In this document: in pieces, positions 42,720 through 57,883 of the stretch
How positions within the stretch are numbered: position 1 is the first letter of the stretch
Layout of the letters: every line of letters starts with the position of its first letter
Source of the DNA: the human T2T-CHM13v2.0 reference genome, Homo sapiens
Strand: one strand, 5' to 3'
Assembly (NCBI RefSeq): GCF_009914755.1
Contig: NC_060947.1
DNA: 64,000 bases
Made by a program: the position numbers and the translations under genes
Notes under the pieces: generated by a model
Seen by the model: only the letters and a program-made list of their open reading frames with translations
Databases searched by the model: none
Told to the model about the DNA's origin: nothing

Positions 42720-45150
42720 ATAGTCATTTCAATTGATGCTGAAAAAGCATTTAAGGTTCAACATTCCTTCATAAATAAAAACCTTCATAAATCTAGGGAT
42801 AGAAGAAATATACCTCAACATCATAAAAGCCATATGTGACAGACTCACAGCTAGTACCACAGTGAATAGGGAAAAACTAAAAGCCTTATGGAACATAACA
42901 AGGATGCCCACTTTCAACAAGGATGCCCACTTTCACCATTTTTATTCAACATAGCACTGGAAATCCTAGCTAGAACAATTCAGGTAAGAGAAAGAAATCA
43001 AGGGCATCCAGATTGGAAAGGAAGGAGTCAAAGTATCCTTGTTTGCAGATTATATGATCTTATATTTGGAAAAACCTAAGGGCTCACAAAAAACTATTAG
43101 AACTAATGAAAGTATTCAGTAAAGTTGCAAGATATAAAGTCAATATAGAATAATCAGTAGCACTTGTGTATGCCAACAGTGAGCAATCTGTAAAACAAAT
43201 CAAGAAAGGTATCCCATTTACAATAGCCACAAATAAAATAAAGTACCTAGTAATTAACTTAACCAAAGAAGTGAAATATCTCTATAATGAAAACTATAAA
43301 ATACTAATGAAGGAAATTGAAGAGGACATAGAAAAATGGAAAGGTATTTCATGTTCATGGTTTAGAACACTCCATATTGCTAAAATGTCCTTACTATCCA
43401 AAGCAATCTACAGATTCAATGCAATTCCTATCAAAATACCAATGACATTCTTCACAGAAATAGAAAAAAAATTCTAAAATGTATATGGAACCACAAGGAC
43501 CCAGAATAGCCAAAGCTATCCTAAGCAAAAAGAGCAAAACTGGAGGAATCACATTACCTGACTTCAAATTATACTGCAGAGCTATAGTAACCAAAACAGC
43601 ATGGTACTGGCATAAAAACACACATATAAATCAATGGAGCAGAATAGAGACCCCAGAAACAAATCCATACACCTACAGTTAACTCATTTGCAACAAAGAC
43701 TCCAAGAATATGCACTGGGGAAATGACAGTCTCTTTAATAAATTGTGCTGGGAAAACTGGATATCCATATGCAGAAGAATCAGACTAGACCCCTATCTCT
43801 TGCTATATACAAAAATCAAATCAAAATTGATTAAAGTCTGAAATCTAAGACGTTAAACTATGAAAATGCTACAAGAATACATTGGGGAAACGCTCCAGGA
43901 CATTAGTCTGGGCAAAAACTTGAGTAATATTCCACAAGCACAGGCAACTAAAGCAAACATGGACAAACGGATAACATTAAATTACAACGTTTCTGCACAG
44001 CAAGGGAAAAAACTAACAAATGGAAGAGACAACACAAAGAATGGGAGAAAATAGTTGCAAGCTACTCATATGACATGGGATTAATAACCAGAATATATAA
44101 AGAGCTAAAACAACTCTATAGCTAAAAATCTAATAATCTAATTAAAAATGGTGAAGAGCTATGAATAGACATTTCTCAAAAGAAGACATACAAATTGCAA
44201 ACAGGCATGTGGAAAGGTGCTTAACATCATTGATCATCAGAGAAATGCAAATCAAAACTACAATGAGATGTCATCTCACCCCAGTTAAAATGGCTTTTAT
44301 CCAAAAGACAGGCAATAACAAGTGCTGACAGGGATGTGGAGAAAAGGGAATCCTCTTACACTGTTGGTGGGAATATAAATTAGTACAACCATATGGAGAA
44401 CAGTTTGGAGGTTCCTCAATAAATTTAAAACAGAGCTACACCATACAATCCAGCCACCCCACTGCTGGGTATATACCCCACAGAAAGGTAATAAACATAT
44501 TGAACAAATATCTGCACTCCTATGTTTGTTGCATCACTGTTCACAATAGCCAAGATTTGGAAGCAACCTAAGTGTTCATCAACAGATGAATGGATAAAGA
44601 AAATGTGGTTATTTATACACAATTGAGTACTATTCAGGCATAAGAAAGAATGGGATCCAGTGATTTGCAGCAACATGGATGGAACTAGCAGTCATTATGT
44701 TAGGTGAAATAAACCAGGCACAGAAAGACAAACATCACACGCTATCACTTATTTGTGGTATCTAAAAATCAAAACAATTTAAACTCATGGAGATAGAAAG
44801 CAGAATGATGGTTACCACAGGCTGGGAAGAGTATTGGAGAGGTCAGGGGGAAGGTGGGGATTGTTAATGAGTACAAAAAAATGGAAAAAGTGAATAAGAT
44901 CTAGTAATTGATAGCACAACAGGTTGATTATAGTCAATAATAATTTAATTGTACATTTAAAATAACTAAAAGAGCATAACTGGATTGTTTATAACACAAA
45001 GAATGAACGCTTGAGGGGATGGATACTCCATTTTCCATGATGTGATTATTATGCATTGCATGTCTGTGTCAAAACATCTCATGTATCCTATATATACACC
45101 TACTATGTACCCACAAAAATTAGAAATTAAAAAATTTAAAAAAGAACAAA
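42720..45150 (+). mobile_element. L1MA1/2-like ORF2 3' half and 3'UTR
   Basis: ORF2 peptides (QGCPLSPFLFNI; [11 protein letters not shown]) and an L1MA 3' end (ctactatgtacccacaaaaatt). Confidence 0.88.
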
Positions 45151-45452
45151 ATTTAATAAAAGGAGATAAATTAACCATAAATGCATGAGGTAATTTCTAT
45201 GTTTTCTATCCTGTTCTATTGGTCTATGTGGTACTGTTTCTATGCCAGTACCACGCTGTTTTGATTACTATGGATTTATTATGTATTGATATTTTAGAGT
45301 CAGTTAGTGTGATGCTTCTAGCTTTTTTCTATTCACTCAAGATTTCTATGGATGTTTGGTGTCTTTTGTGGATTCATACAAATTTGTGGTTAGTTTTTCT
45401 TTTACTGTGAGAATTGTCATTGGAATTTTGATAGGGACTGCACTGAATCTGA

Positions 45453-45856
<404 letters not shown>

Positions 45857-46447
45857 TGATATTTTAATATTTTTAATTATTCCAATCCACGAACATGAAA
45901 TATCTTTCAATTTATTTGTGCCTTCGTTTATTTGTTTCATCATTGTTTCATAGTTTTCAGGGTAGAGATATTTCACCTCCTTGGTTAAATTTATTCTTAA
46001 GTAATTTTGTTTTACAGCTATTGTAAATGAGATTATTCTCTTGATTTCTCGTTTTGGATAGTTTACTGTTAGCATATAGAAGAACTACTGATTTTTGTAC
46101 AGTATTCCCTTCACTTTCAATCTATGTGTGTCCTTAAAATTGAAGTGTCTTGTAGACAGCATGTAGTTGAGCCTTCCTTTTTATCCATTATGCCCCTATT
46201 TCTTTTGATTTATATAGTCTATTCACAGTCAAAGTAATCATAGACATGTAGCTTACTACTACCATTTTGTCGATTGTTTTCTGATTGTTTTGTAGGTTCT
46301 TTTTTCCTTTCTTTCTCTCTTGCTACCTTCCTTTGTGGTTTGATGATTTTTTGTTGTTGTTGTAGTATTCTTTGATTCCTTTCTCTATTTTTTATACCTA
46401 TTACAGGCTTCCGCTTTTTGGTTACCATGAGGCTTACATAAAACATG

Positions 46448-46554
46448 TTAGGTTGGTGCAAAAGTGATTGCTGTTTTTGCCATGACGTTTTGCCATTAAG
46501 GCTTTTGTTTGCCATTAAATGGCAAAAACAGCAATTGCTTTTGCACCAACCTAA
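46448..46554. mobile_element. MADE1 (Hsmar1-derived MITE) palindrome with an enlarged spacer
   Basis: 36-bp inverted repeats ttaggttggtgcaaaag... and ...cttttgcaccaacctaa, with TA on the right flank. Confidence 0.92.
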
Positions 46555-46635
46555 TACTTAAAAAAGACTGTTTTAAGCTGATAACAACTTAATCTTGATG
46601 GCATTAAAAAACTCTACACTTTTACTCATTCCTCC

Positions 46636-46638
<3 letters not shown>

Positions 46639-46687
<49 letters not shown>

Positions 46688-46979
46688 GTTTGTTTGTTTG
46701 AGACAGGGTCTCGCTCTGTCACCCAGGCTGGAGCACTGGTGCTCACTCAACTCACTGCAACCTCTGCCTCACAAGTTCAGGTGATTCTCATGCCTCAACC
46801 TTTTGAGTAGCTGAGACTACAGGGGTGTGCCACCACACCCAGCTAATTTTTGTATTTTTAGTAGAGACGGGGTTTCGCCATATTGGCCAGGCTGCTCTTG
46901 ACCTCCTGATCTCAAGTGATCCACCTGCCTTGGCCTCCCAAAGTGCTGTGTTTACAGGCATGAGCCACTGTGCCCAGCC
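46639..46979 (-). mobile_element. Older Alu with a (TG)n microsatellite tail (46639-46686)
   Basis: Antisense dimeric Alu preceded by a TG run. Confidence 0.92.
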
Positions 46980-47454
46980 CATTTTGTGTCTTTCATGCCA
47001 CAAGTTACTTCTTTTTATAATGTGTATCTTTTAACAAATTCTTGTGGTTACAGTTGTTTTTAATAGTTTTGATGTTAACCTCCATACTAGAGACATAATT
47101 GATTTACACACCACCATTACATTGTTAGAGTATTCTGAATTTGACTGTGTACTTACTTTTACCAGTAAGTTTTATACTTTTATATATTTTCATGTTTCTA
47201 GTTAGCATCATTTTCTTTCTGCTTGAAGAACTCCCTTTAGCATTTCCTGTAAGGCAGGTCTAATGGCGATGGACTCCTTCAGCTTTTGTTTGCCTGGGAA
47301 ATTCTATATTTCTCCCTCATTTCTGAAGAACAACTTTTCTAGATAAAGTATTATTGGTTTACATGTGGAGAGGGGCAGTTAACACTTTGAATATATCATC
47401 CCACTCTCACCTGGCCTGCAAGATTTCAGCTGAGAAATCCACTGATAGCCATTT

Positions 47455-50170
<2,716 letters not shown>

Positions 50171-50609
50171 CTTTTTAAAATGAAAACAACACTGCCCATC
50201 TGGCAAATTTTAGTTTATAATTGTCATTCACCCTTACATTAATAGAATCAAGTATATGAACCCAGTGATCAGTGGATATGGGAAGTCCAGTGTATCCATT
50301 TCACTTTTAACAGTGAGTCTTCTTTTTGTGCTTTTCTCCTGCTTTTAGGGAACCCCAGTCTCTTTTAAAATTTTTATTTTTATTTTTGGCTCGATTTCTT
50401 GCCCCTGTTCATTCTTTGTGTTTCAACTGCTTTTGTGTTTATTTATGTCTGTCCCACAAGAATGTGATGTCACCCATGACAAGCACCACATTTTGTTGGT
50501 CTCTTCATTTCCAGCATTCCAGAAATTTCCTGAAACATAGCAAGCATCAAGCCATATTTATTGAATTAATATTTTGTAATGACCCAGACAGGGAAAGCAT
50601 CCCCTCCAT

Positions 50610-51162
50610 TGTGGAACCAGTATTGGAAATGTTATGTTCATAAACACTATACATATAGTCTTTTGTTTTATGCCAGACACCAGGGGAATGGCTCAGCCTT
50701 GGTGCCTTGGTGACCCTGCCACAAGGAATTTTCTCACTTGCCTCCTATCTTGCTGGTGGCTGACATGAGATCATTACTCATCCATCTCCCTAGTAGTTGA
50801 GCACAAGATGTTCCTTGTTGCCCCACCTTAGGGTACAGTTCTGGGTATAAAATTGCTTACTGACTTACCACAGTATAGTTATGGACTTCTAAATGGCAGA
50901 GAGACCCACCACCTGCACTGTTACCGAGAGCCTCTGATTTGATGTCAAACTGTGGGACTAGGGAAGCAGAAAGCTGATACAATGCTTTTCTTGCTTGTGC
51001 TGTCTGTAAGTAGTAAACTATTTGGATCTATTTGAACTCATTGTCTTCCTACTAGCTGACTCTATGAATGTGTGAGAAGCCAACCTAACAATTGCAGTGG
51101 TGATCCTTGTGGCACTAGTTAACCACCACAGGGCTGCTTAGGGACTGCTTGACCACTTGACA
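50610..51162 (+). mobile_element. Probable old solo LTR, family not determined
   Basis: About 550 bp bounded by TG...CA, with a TATA-like gggtataaaa and an agtaaa signal. No clear TSD. Confidence 0.45.
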
Positions 51163-51557
51163 GACAGACTGATATTGAGTTGTCTGGTATTGCATGACCA
51201 GAATATTGACTTATTTTCGTTGGCATCACATACAGCAAGGAGCAGTTTTCAGCACATACGATGACCTAAGGTGGCCTTTGCTAGGCCTCTGTCATTTACA
51301 AACCAACTTTAGATACAATACCATATCTGATACCAACTACACTGCTATTTAATGTTTACTTAAATCAAACTAGTTTCTGAGCTCAGATTCTTTCGGTTAT
51401 ATAATATAATTACCTGAAATTCAAAATCAGTATCTCTTACTAGAGATATAATTGTAAAAGTAAATGAAATAAAAAATTAATTAAAAAATGGACTATAACT
51501 AGTGAACCAAATCCATTTATACTGTAATGCCTACTTCATATGTGTTATCTTACTCAT

Positions 51558-51690
51558 TTATTATTATTATTTTTTTTTAGTAACGATGAGGTCTTGCTAT
51601 GTTGCCCAGGCTAGTCTCAAACTCCTGGGCTCAAGCAATCCTTGGCCTTCCAAAGTGCTGAGGTTATAGGCATGAGCCACCATGCCTGGC
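51558..51690 (-). mobile_element. Alu monomer (FLAM-like)
   Basis: gtcttgctatgttgcccaggctagtctcaaactcctgggctcaagc...catgcctggc. Confidence 0.88.
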
Positions 51691-52749
51691 TTTATCTCAC
51701 TTATTAATAATAGTAATACTTTAGTGTAAATAATGTAATTTATATTTTAGTAATGCAAAACAGTTCCAAAGGATGTATCTTTCTCACTTTCACACAGCCA
51801 GTTTGCGTCAGAGCCAGGATGAAAAACCATGGCTATTTCATGCTACAGCCTATAAAGGGACAGTGTAGGTAGGAACCAAGACATTTTGCCTCAGCTACTA
51901 CCCCTTTCATTCCTACCTAGCTTCTAATCTTTGCAGTTAGCTCCAGCATCTAGGAACCTCTCACATATTTTGTGAAAATTGATATACCCTGCATTTTTCT
52001 CATTTTTAAATTTTAACCATAGATTTTTAGTCTTTTTGGATCAAGAAAATATTTTTAACTTGCAAGTAGCAGAAATAGTTGCTATTTATAATCCTGTGTC
52101 TTTCCCTAAGCAAGGTGGATTTTAGGTAGGGTCTTTTCTTGTATAATTGTAAATGTGTGTGAATATGAATGGGGCTCAGAGTTATAACCTGCTGTCATTG
52201 TGTAAAGTAATAAGGGTGCAAGGCTGGAATTAGGCAGCTTTGGAGGCTTCTTAGTGAGATATGGTGAATATCAGGCCAATAAAGAATTTTACAGAGGAAA
52301 AAATAGATTTGACACTGCTCCTTCTCAATCTCTAAATTAACTTTGAGAAAGAACAGAAGGGGATACAAGAGAAACTTTCCTTCAAGGAAAGAACAAGGAC
52401 TTTTAAGTAAAACAATTTTATATTAATATGTTGATTAAATTTTTATGAAAGTATCCTATTACTGGCTAATGTCATCATGTACTGTGTTAGTTCCTTACAC
52501 AACACTTTCAGAAGCATATACTTTAAGAAAAGTATCAGCATAAAAACATGAGCAGGTGGCTTTCAGAGTGACAGCATCATTAGAGGCATCTAAGCATTCA
52601 GAAAAGATGTGCCTCACAAGGTTTGAAGGGATGGGAACCTGGAGCTGCCCCTTCTGTCACTGCCTTTGAAGTCCTAAAATTTAAAATTGTAAGAGACAGA
52701 AGCCATACAGAAACAGATGAGCATAGGAAAGCCTAGCCCTTCACAACTC

Positions 52750-53600
52750 ACAATTTGTAGAGATTTTATTTCCAGCAAATGGAAAAAGTTTTACATTCCA
52801 ATTCACATTAAAACGCTAGCATAACCTTGATACCAAAGTCAAACAAAGATAGTACATGAAATCAAAGTGTAAGTTAATCTCACTCATTATATATATAGAT
52901 ATATACATATACCCTAAATAAAATATTAGGACATAGATTATTGAAAAAGGATAACATTTCAAGAACCAATTGTGTTTACCCTACAAATGCAATGTTGGTT
53001 AAATGTACTCAGTGTATTCACCACAGTAATAAATAAATAGAGGAACAAATCCTATGATAATCACAGTCGATGAAAGTCAACATATATCCAAGAAGAATAC
53101 TCTCAGGAAACTAGAAATAGAAGGAACTTCTGATAAAGCATATCTGCAAGTAAAATCTACAGTAAATCATGGTAAAATGTTGAATATTTTCCATTTCTTA
53201 TCAGGAATAAGATGAGGGTGTCCACTATCACCAGTTCAATTCCACATTGTACTGGATGAGTCTGTCCAATGTCATAAAATGAATTAAGGAAATGAAGAGT
53301 AACATACTTTAAAAGGCAGACTGAAAAGTATTATTACTCACAGATGGCATGATTGTATATGTTGACAATCAAAAAGGACCTAGAGAGAAACTTTTGGAAT
53401 TAATAAGCATATTTAGCAAGGTTTCTGGAGAGAAAAATCAATACATAAAATTATATCTCTATATACCAGCTCAAACAAAATATAAATTTTCAAAAAAGAT
53501 ACAATTTTCAATAGCATGAAACACCTAATTATTCCTAGTTTGACATAAGTTGCACAAGACTTCTTTGCAGACAATTGTGAAACTTTATTGAGAGAATTTT
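52750..53600 (+). mobile_element. Ancient L1M ORF2 fragment overlapping the PAGE3 3' end
   Basis: ataaccttgataccaaa; cagatggcatgattgtatatgttgacaatc (decayed ADDMIVYVEN); tttagcaaggtttctgga...aaaatcaatacataaaa. Confidence 0.75.
53584..53589 (-). terminator. PAGE3: PAGE3 polyadenylation signal AATAAA
   Basis: tttatt on the + strand, about 65 nt after the stop. Its context aligns with the PAGE5 signal. Confidence 0.82.
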
Positions 53601-53654
53601 ACTGGTGAAGTTTCCAACATAAAGACTGCATGTATGGTTTCAGCTTGTCTTCAT

Positions 53655-53677
53655 TTAAACCGATGGTTGCCCTTCAC
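53655..53677 (-). CDS. PAGE3: PAGE3 last coding exon
   Basis: tatag| acceptor, GEGQPSV followed by TAA. Confidence 0.9.
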
Positions 53678-56600
53678 CTATAAGATAAACATAATAGTTG
53701 AGAGTATTTTTTAGCAGAACTTTTTATGATGACACTACGGGTTGAAAAAAGGCATAGTTTTGGTTTTATGAAATGAACTATAACAAGGTAACCCTCTGGC
53801 TTATATCCAGTTAAACCGCTATAGAGACTTTGAAGGTAGGCTTTCAGGTATATTAACAATATTTTAAAATCCCACTCATTTTTCTAGTGTATAAGAAAGA
53901 GTTTGAGTTCGAAATGATTTGATCAAATGAACCTATTTAAAGAAAGTTTTAACTAGAAACTAAAAACTGCATGTAATTTTAGAAAAAAAAAATCCAACTA
54001 ACCAAACATAAGCAAACATAAAACTTAGGAAACAAAAGAAATTTGAAATAATGTTTTGAATATAGGATAGCTCAAACAGTAATGACACATTTGAAAGTGC
54101 TTAAGTGGCATAAATAGAAAGGCTAGTATTATATTTGTTTTGTTTCTGTTATGGGAAAATGCTAAAATGTTTTTGATTAGTTTACTCTTTATATGGTTGT
54201 TTTAAGTAGGTTAACCATTTGTCTCTGTTTTCACCTGTGGTTCTAGTATAATTATCAATAATGCCTCTTTGCACAGTTAAAAATATTCCAGTTTGTCCAA
54301 TAAATTATATCGTCACACTGGTTGCAAGCCATTATTATTATAGATGAAGTGTTAAAAAGAAATAGTAATGATTCTCACAATTTGGCAAAACGGGGATCAG
54401 AAGGAGAGGGAGAGGAGGAGAGAGAGAAAGAGAAGAGACTGAGGAATCTAGAAAAGCCAAATACAAATAAACAAACAATAGCTTTTTTTTTTGTTTCTAA
54501 ATGATAAATACTTTTGATGGAAAATTCTGGCAAGTTTTAAAAGTTCATCCATGTTATGATGTTTAAATATTCATTTACTACTGTGGTATAGTAAATGATT
54601 TTATGTTTTGCTAGCATATCAAACATTGCATCAAATTTTGAAAATTGTTTAGAGCTCAAGAATGTATCCACTTTTAATTATATTACACATTCAATATCTG
54701 TCCTGTCTTGTTCCTATTTTTTATTGTGTATACTTGAGCTTTGCCCATTTTCTTCAACATTATGTAAACTAGGGGATCCTCTATTCATAGATATGTTGAA
54801 AATCTCTTTTATTTACTAGTTGAATTATTTCCCTTAAATAAAGACTTATACCTGTCTTTTATTAAGTATATTTTTCCTTCTCCCTTATGTTTATCTTGTG
54901 CCTTTTTCTTATTTTTTATATTGAATGCTCATATAATTTTATATTTTTATTTTTTAATAACATGTATTTAAAGCAATGATCTTCCTATGAGTATATGTTG
55001 AATAGGTTCCTGAACATAGCCTGAAAAATATTTTTAATCTAAATATTCTAATGGAATGGATCAGGAATGTAGAGCAAAAGCAGTAGACTAATGCAAGATA
55101 ATTTCTTTCCTAAACACTAAGTGTTTATATTAAATTCAGAAGCTCATATAACTAATGCCTAGAAGTTTGGAAAAAACATGTGTAAAACGTACTTAAGTTG
55201 ATTACTCAAATTTTAATATATTTGATTTTGACCCATTTTTATAAGAGCAAATATGGGTTTAGAAGATAAGGAATTTGCCCAAAGTCAGTGAAATTTTGTT
55301 AGAGCTTGGATTAGAGCCTACTTAATTGCCTCAGCATGTTTCATACAGTGAATATCTGTTACAAATTCATTAGGTATTTATTAAAAGCAGACCTTTATAA
55401 AAGTATCTGATATTACTAGCTGTTGGTTTAGGAACTGATACTAAAAAGTAAGAAAATACCTTCACATTTTATAATTGAATGTGGCTTTGACCCAATGTGG
55501 TAGGATCTATGATGGTGCTTGTTTATTAGTCAGGCTTTTGGGGACTGAACTATCTTTCAAAGAATCTTTATATATGAACTCTGTTAAATTATATTAGCAG
55601 TAGTGGTACCTCTATATTATAAAATATATAGTATTTTTGAAAACAGAAACCCCATAATTTGCATTTTTAATGAATAACTTACCTGCTTCTGGTATTTTAA
55701 CAGGCTCCAGATTTGGCAGAAATTCTCCCTTGACATTAGGACCATCTCCACGTTCACCCCCAGTCTTTGACCGAGTCAGTTCCCAGAGATAGGCTGCCAG
55801 GCCTAGCACTTAAAAATAAAAAACATTACCAATTTAAGTTGTAAAACATAAAATATAAATAAAAGAATGATAATATTCACTCCCTCAATGTTATGAAATA
55901 AAAGCCTATAGGCTAGTGTGGTAATACACGCAATGCATAAGAATTTCAAGAACATTATTTCAGGACTCTTACCAGAAAAAGAAAACAAAATTTTCCAAAT
56001 ATTATCACCCTTTTCTTTTCCCACAACTGCCCCAGACAGATTAGTTGAACCCTCTGTAGGTATATGTTATTGTACTTATCATTTCAAATTAGTGATTCAT
56101 TTGAGTCTGTCTAACTAGATTGTGAGCTCAAGGCTGAAATCATCTCTTTCATTAGTATTTACATCCCTAAAGCCTACATATTGCATGGCATGAGTCACTG
56201 TGAATAAGTGTTGAGTGAAAAAAAAGTATTTAAAAATACAGCCTATACTGATGAACGCTCTGCAAAACAACTGGTCCATTCTCTTAAAAAATACCAGTGT
56301 CATGAAAGACGAAGAAAGAGTGAAGAACTGGTCCAGATTAAAAAAGATTAAATAGGATTGACAACTATATGTAATGCATGATCCTGGAATCAGAAAAAAA
56401 ACTATAAGGGAAATTATTAGGACAACTGGGGAAATTTGAATATAAGCTATATATTAAACAACTGCATTTTTCATTGTTGAATTCCCCAAATTTAATAAAC
56501 ATACAGGGGTTATCCAAGAGAATATGGCTATATAATAGAATAGTGGGTATGAAATCAATGTGGCAAAACTCTAAACATTAGTTAATCTAGGTGAAAAGCA

Positions 56601-57852
56601 TATGAGTTGATTATAATAATCTTGCAACTTTTCTGTAAATTTTATATTTTTACAAAACATAAATTAAAAATAAAAAAGAATAAATGACAACTATGTTGGA
56701 GTTCAGGAAGACAAGAGTTATTTTTGACAACATTAACAGCAACTAGGATTGGACTTCAGACAAGACTGGGTGCATTCAGGGTGGTATGGCTGTAGATGGA
56801 TTGGACTTCATGTATTTGTTTTCCTGCATTACAAAAACCTCCATTTTAAATGACATTATAAGGACAAACCACAAAACATGTGCCGTCCTTATATTTTACC
56901 ATAGTGCTGTAAGGGGAATAAACATCAGCCATCCAGGAAATCAGAACTTTACACCATGGATAAGATTTAAATTACATTTAAAATATAATTTTATGAAGAA
57001 TTAGCTGAATGGATTTGTAAGCGTATGACATATCTTATAGTCATGACACCCATAACCTATTGGGGTAACAAGAAACTTATTTTGTTAAAATAAAGTTACT
57101 TTTAGGTCCAAAGGTCTTATATGTTACTTTCCATAAATGAATTCCATATATAATGAAGTTGTAAAAACAACAGCAAAATTATTTGTGAATACAGCAAAAT
57201 CGTTGACTTCCAGCAAGAATAATGGGAAGTGGAATGGAAAGAATTTAATGGGTATTATTGTCATCATAATTCTGGGACTCTTTCAATAGTGAATTGCTAA
57301 AATAATCTATGGCTTGAGCTATGTAAATATTTTGCTCCAAAATGCCATACCTGGAAGAACTAATTGTTTCATGATAATTGTAGGTACATAACCTTTTGAT
57401 GTTTCTAGCCATAAGAGGATTTAACCACCTTTTAAAACCACTTAAAAATTATACTGAACCAGCTACCTATATGCCAATATCCTGAATTGTTCAGCTATTA
57501 ACTAAACTTTCCATACACAAATTTCAATCAAAGTAAACAGTGGCTATCATTCATTGAGTCATTCTCTGGAATCACATTCTGTTCCACTGAATTGGGTCTA
57601 TTCCAATGCCAGTACTGAGCTATCTCACAGTATAGACATTTTAGTATTAAACAGTTTAAGCAAAATCATTCACTTTTTCTTACAGCAATCTAGATGGTAA
57701 GAAGAATACATACTTTGGAATAATATACAAATTATTTCTCCACCAGTGAAGTGCCCTTTGGTAAGACACAATCTCTGAGTCTCAGTTTTCTTACTTATCA
57801 AGTGGGATTTATATTTCTATGCAAGCTCATTTAATCCAAGGTGTTACATATG

Positions 57853-57883
<31 letters not shown>

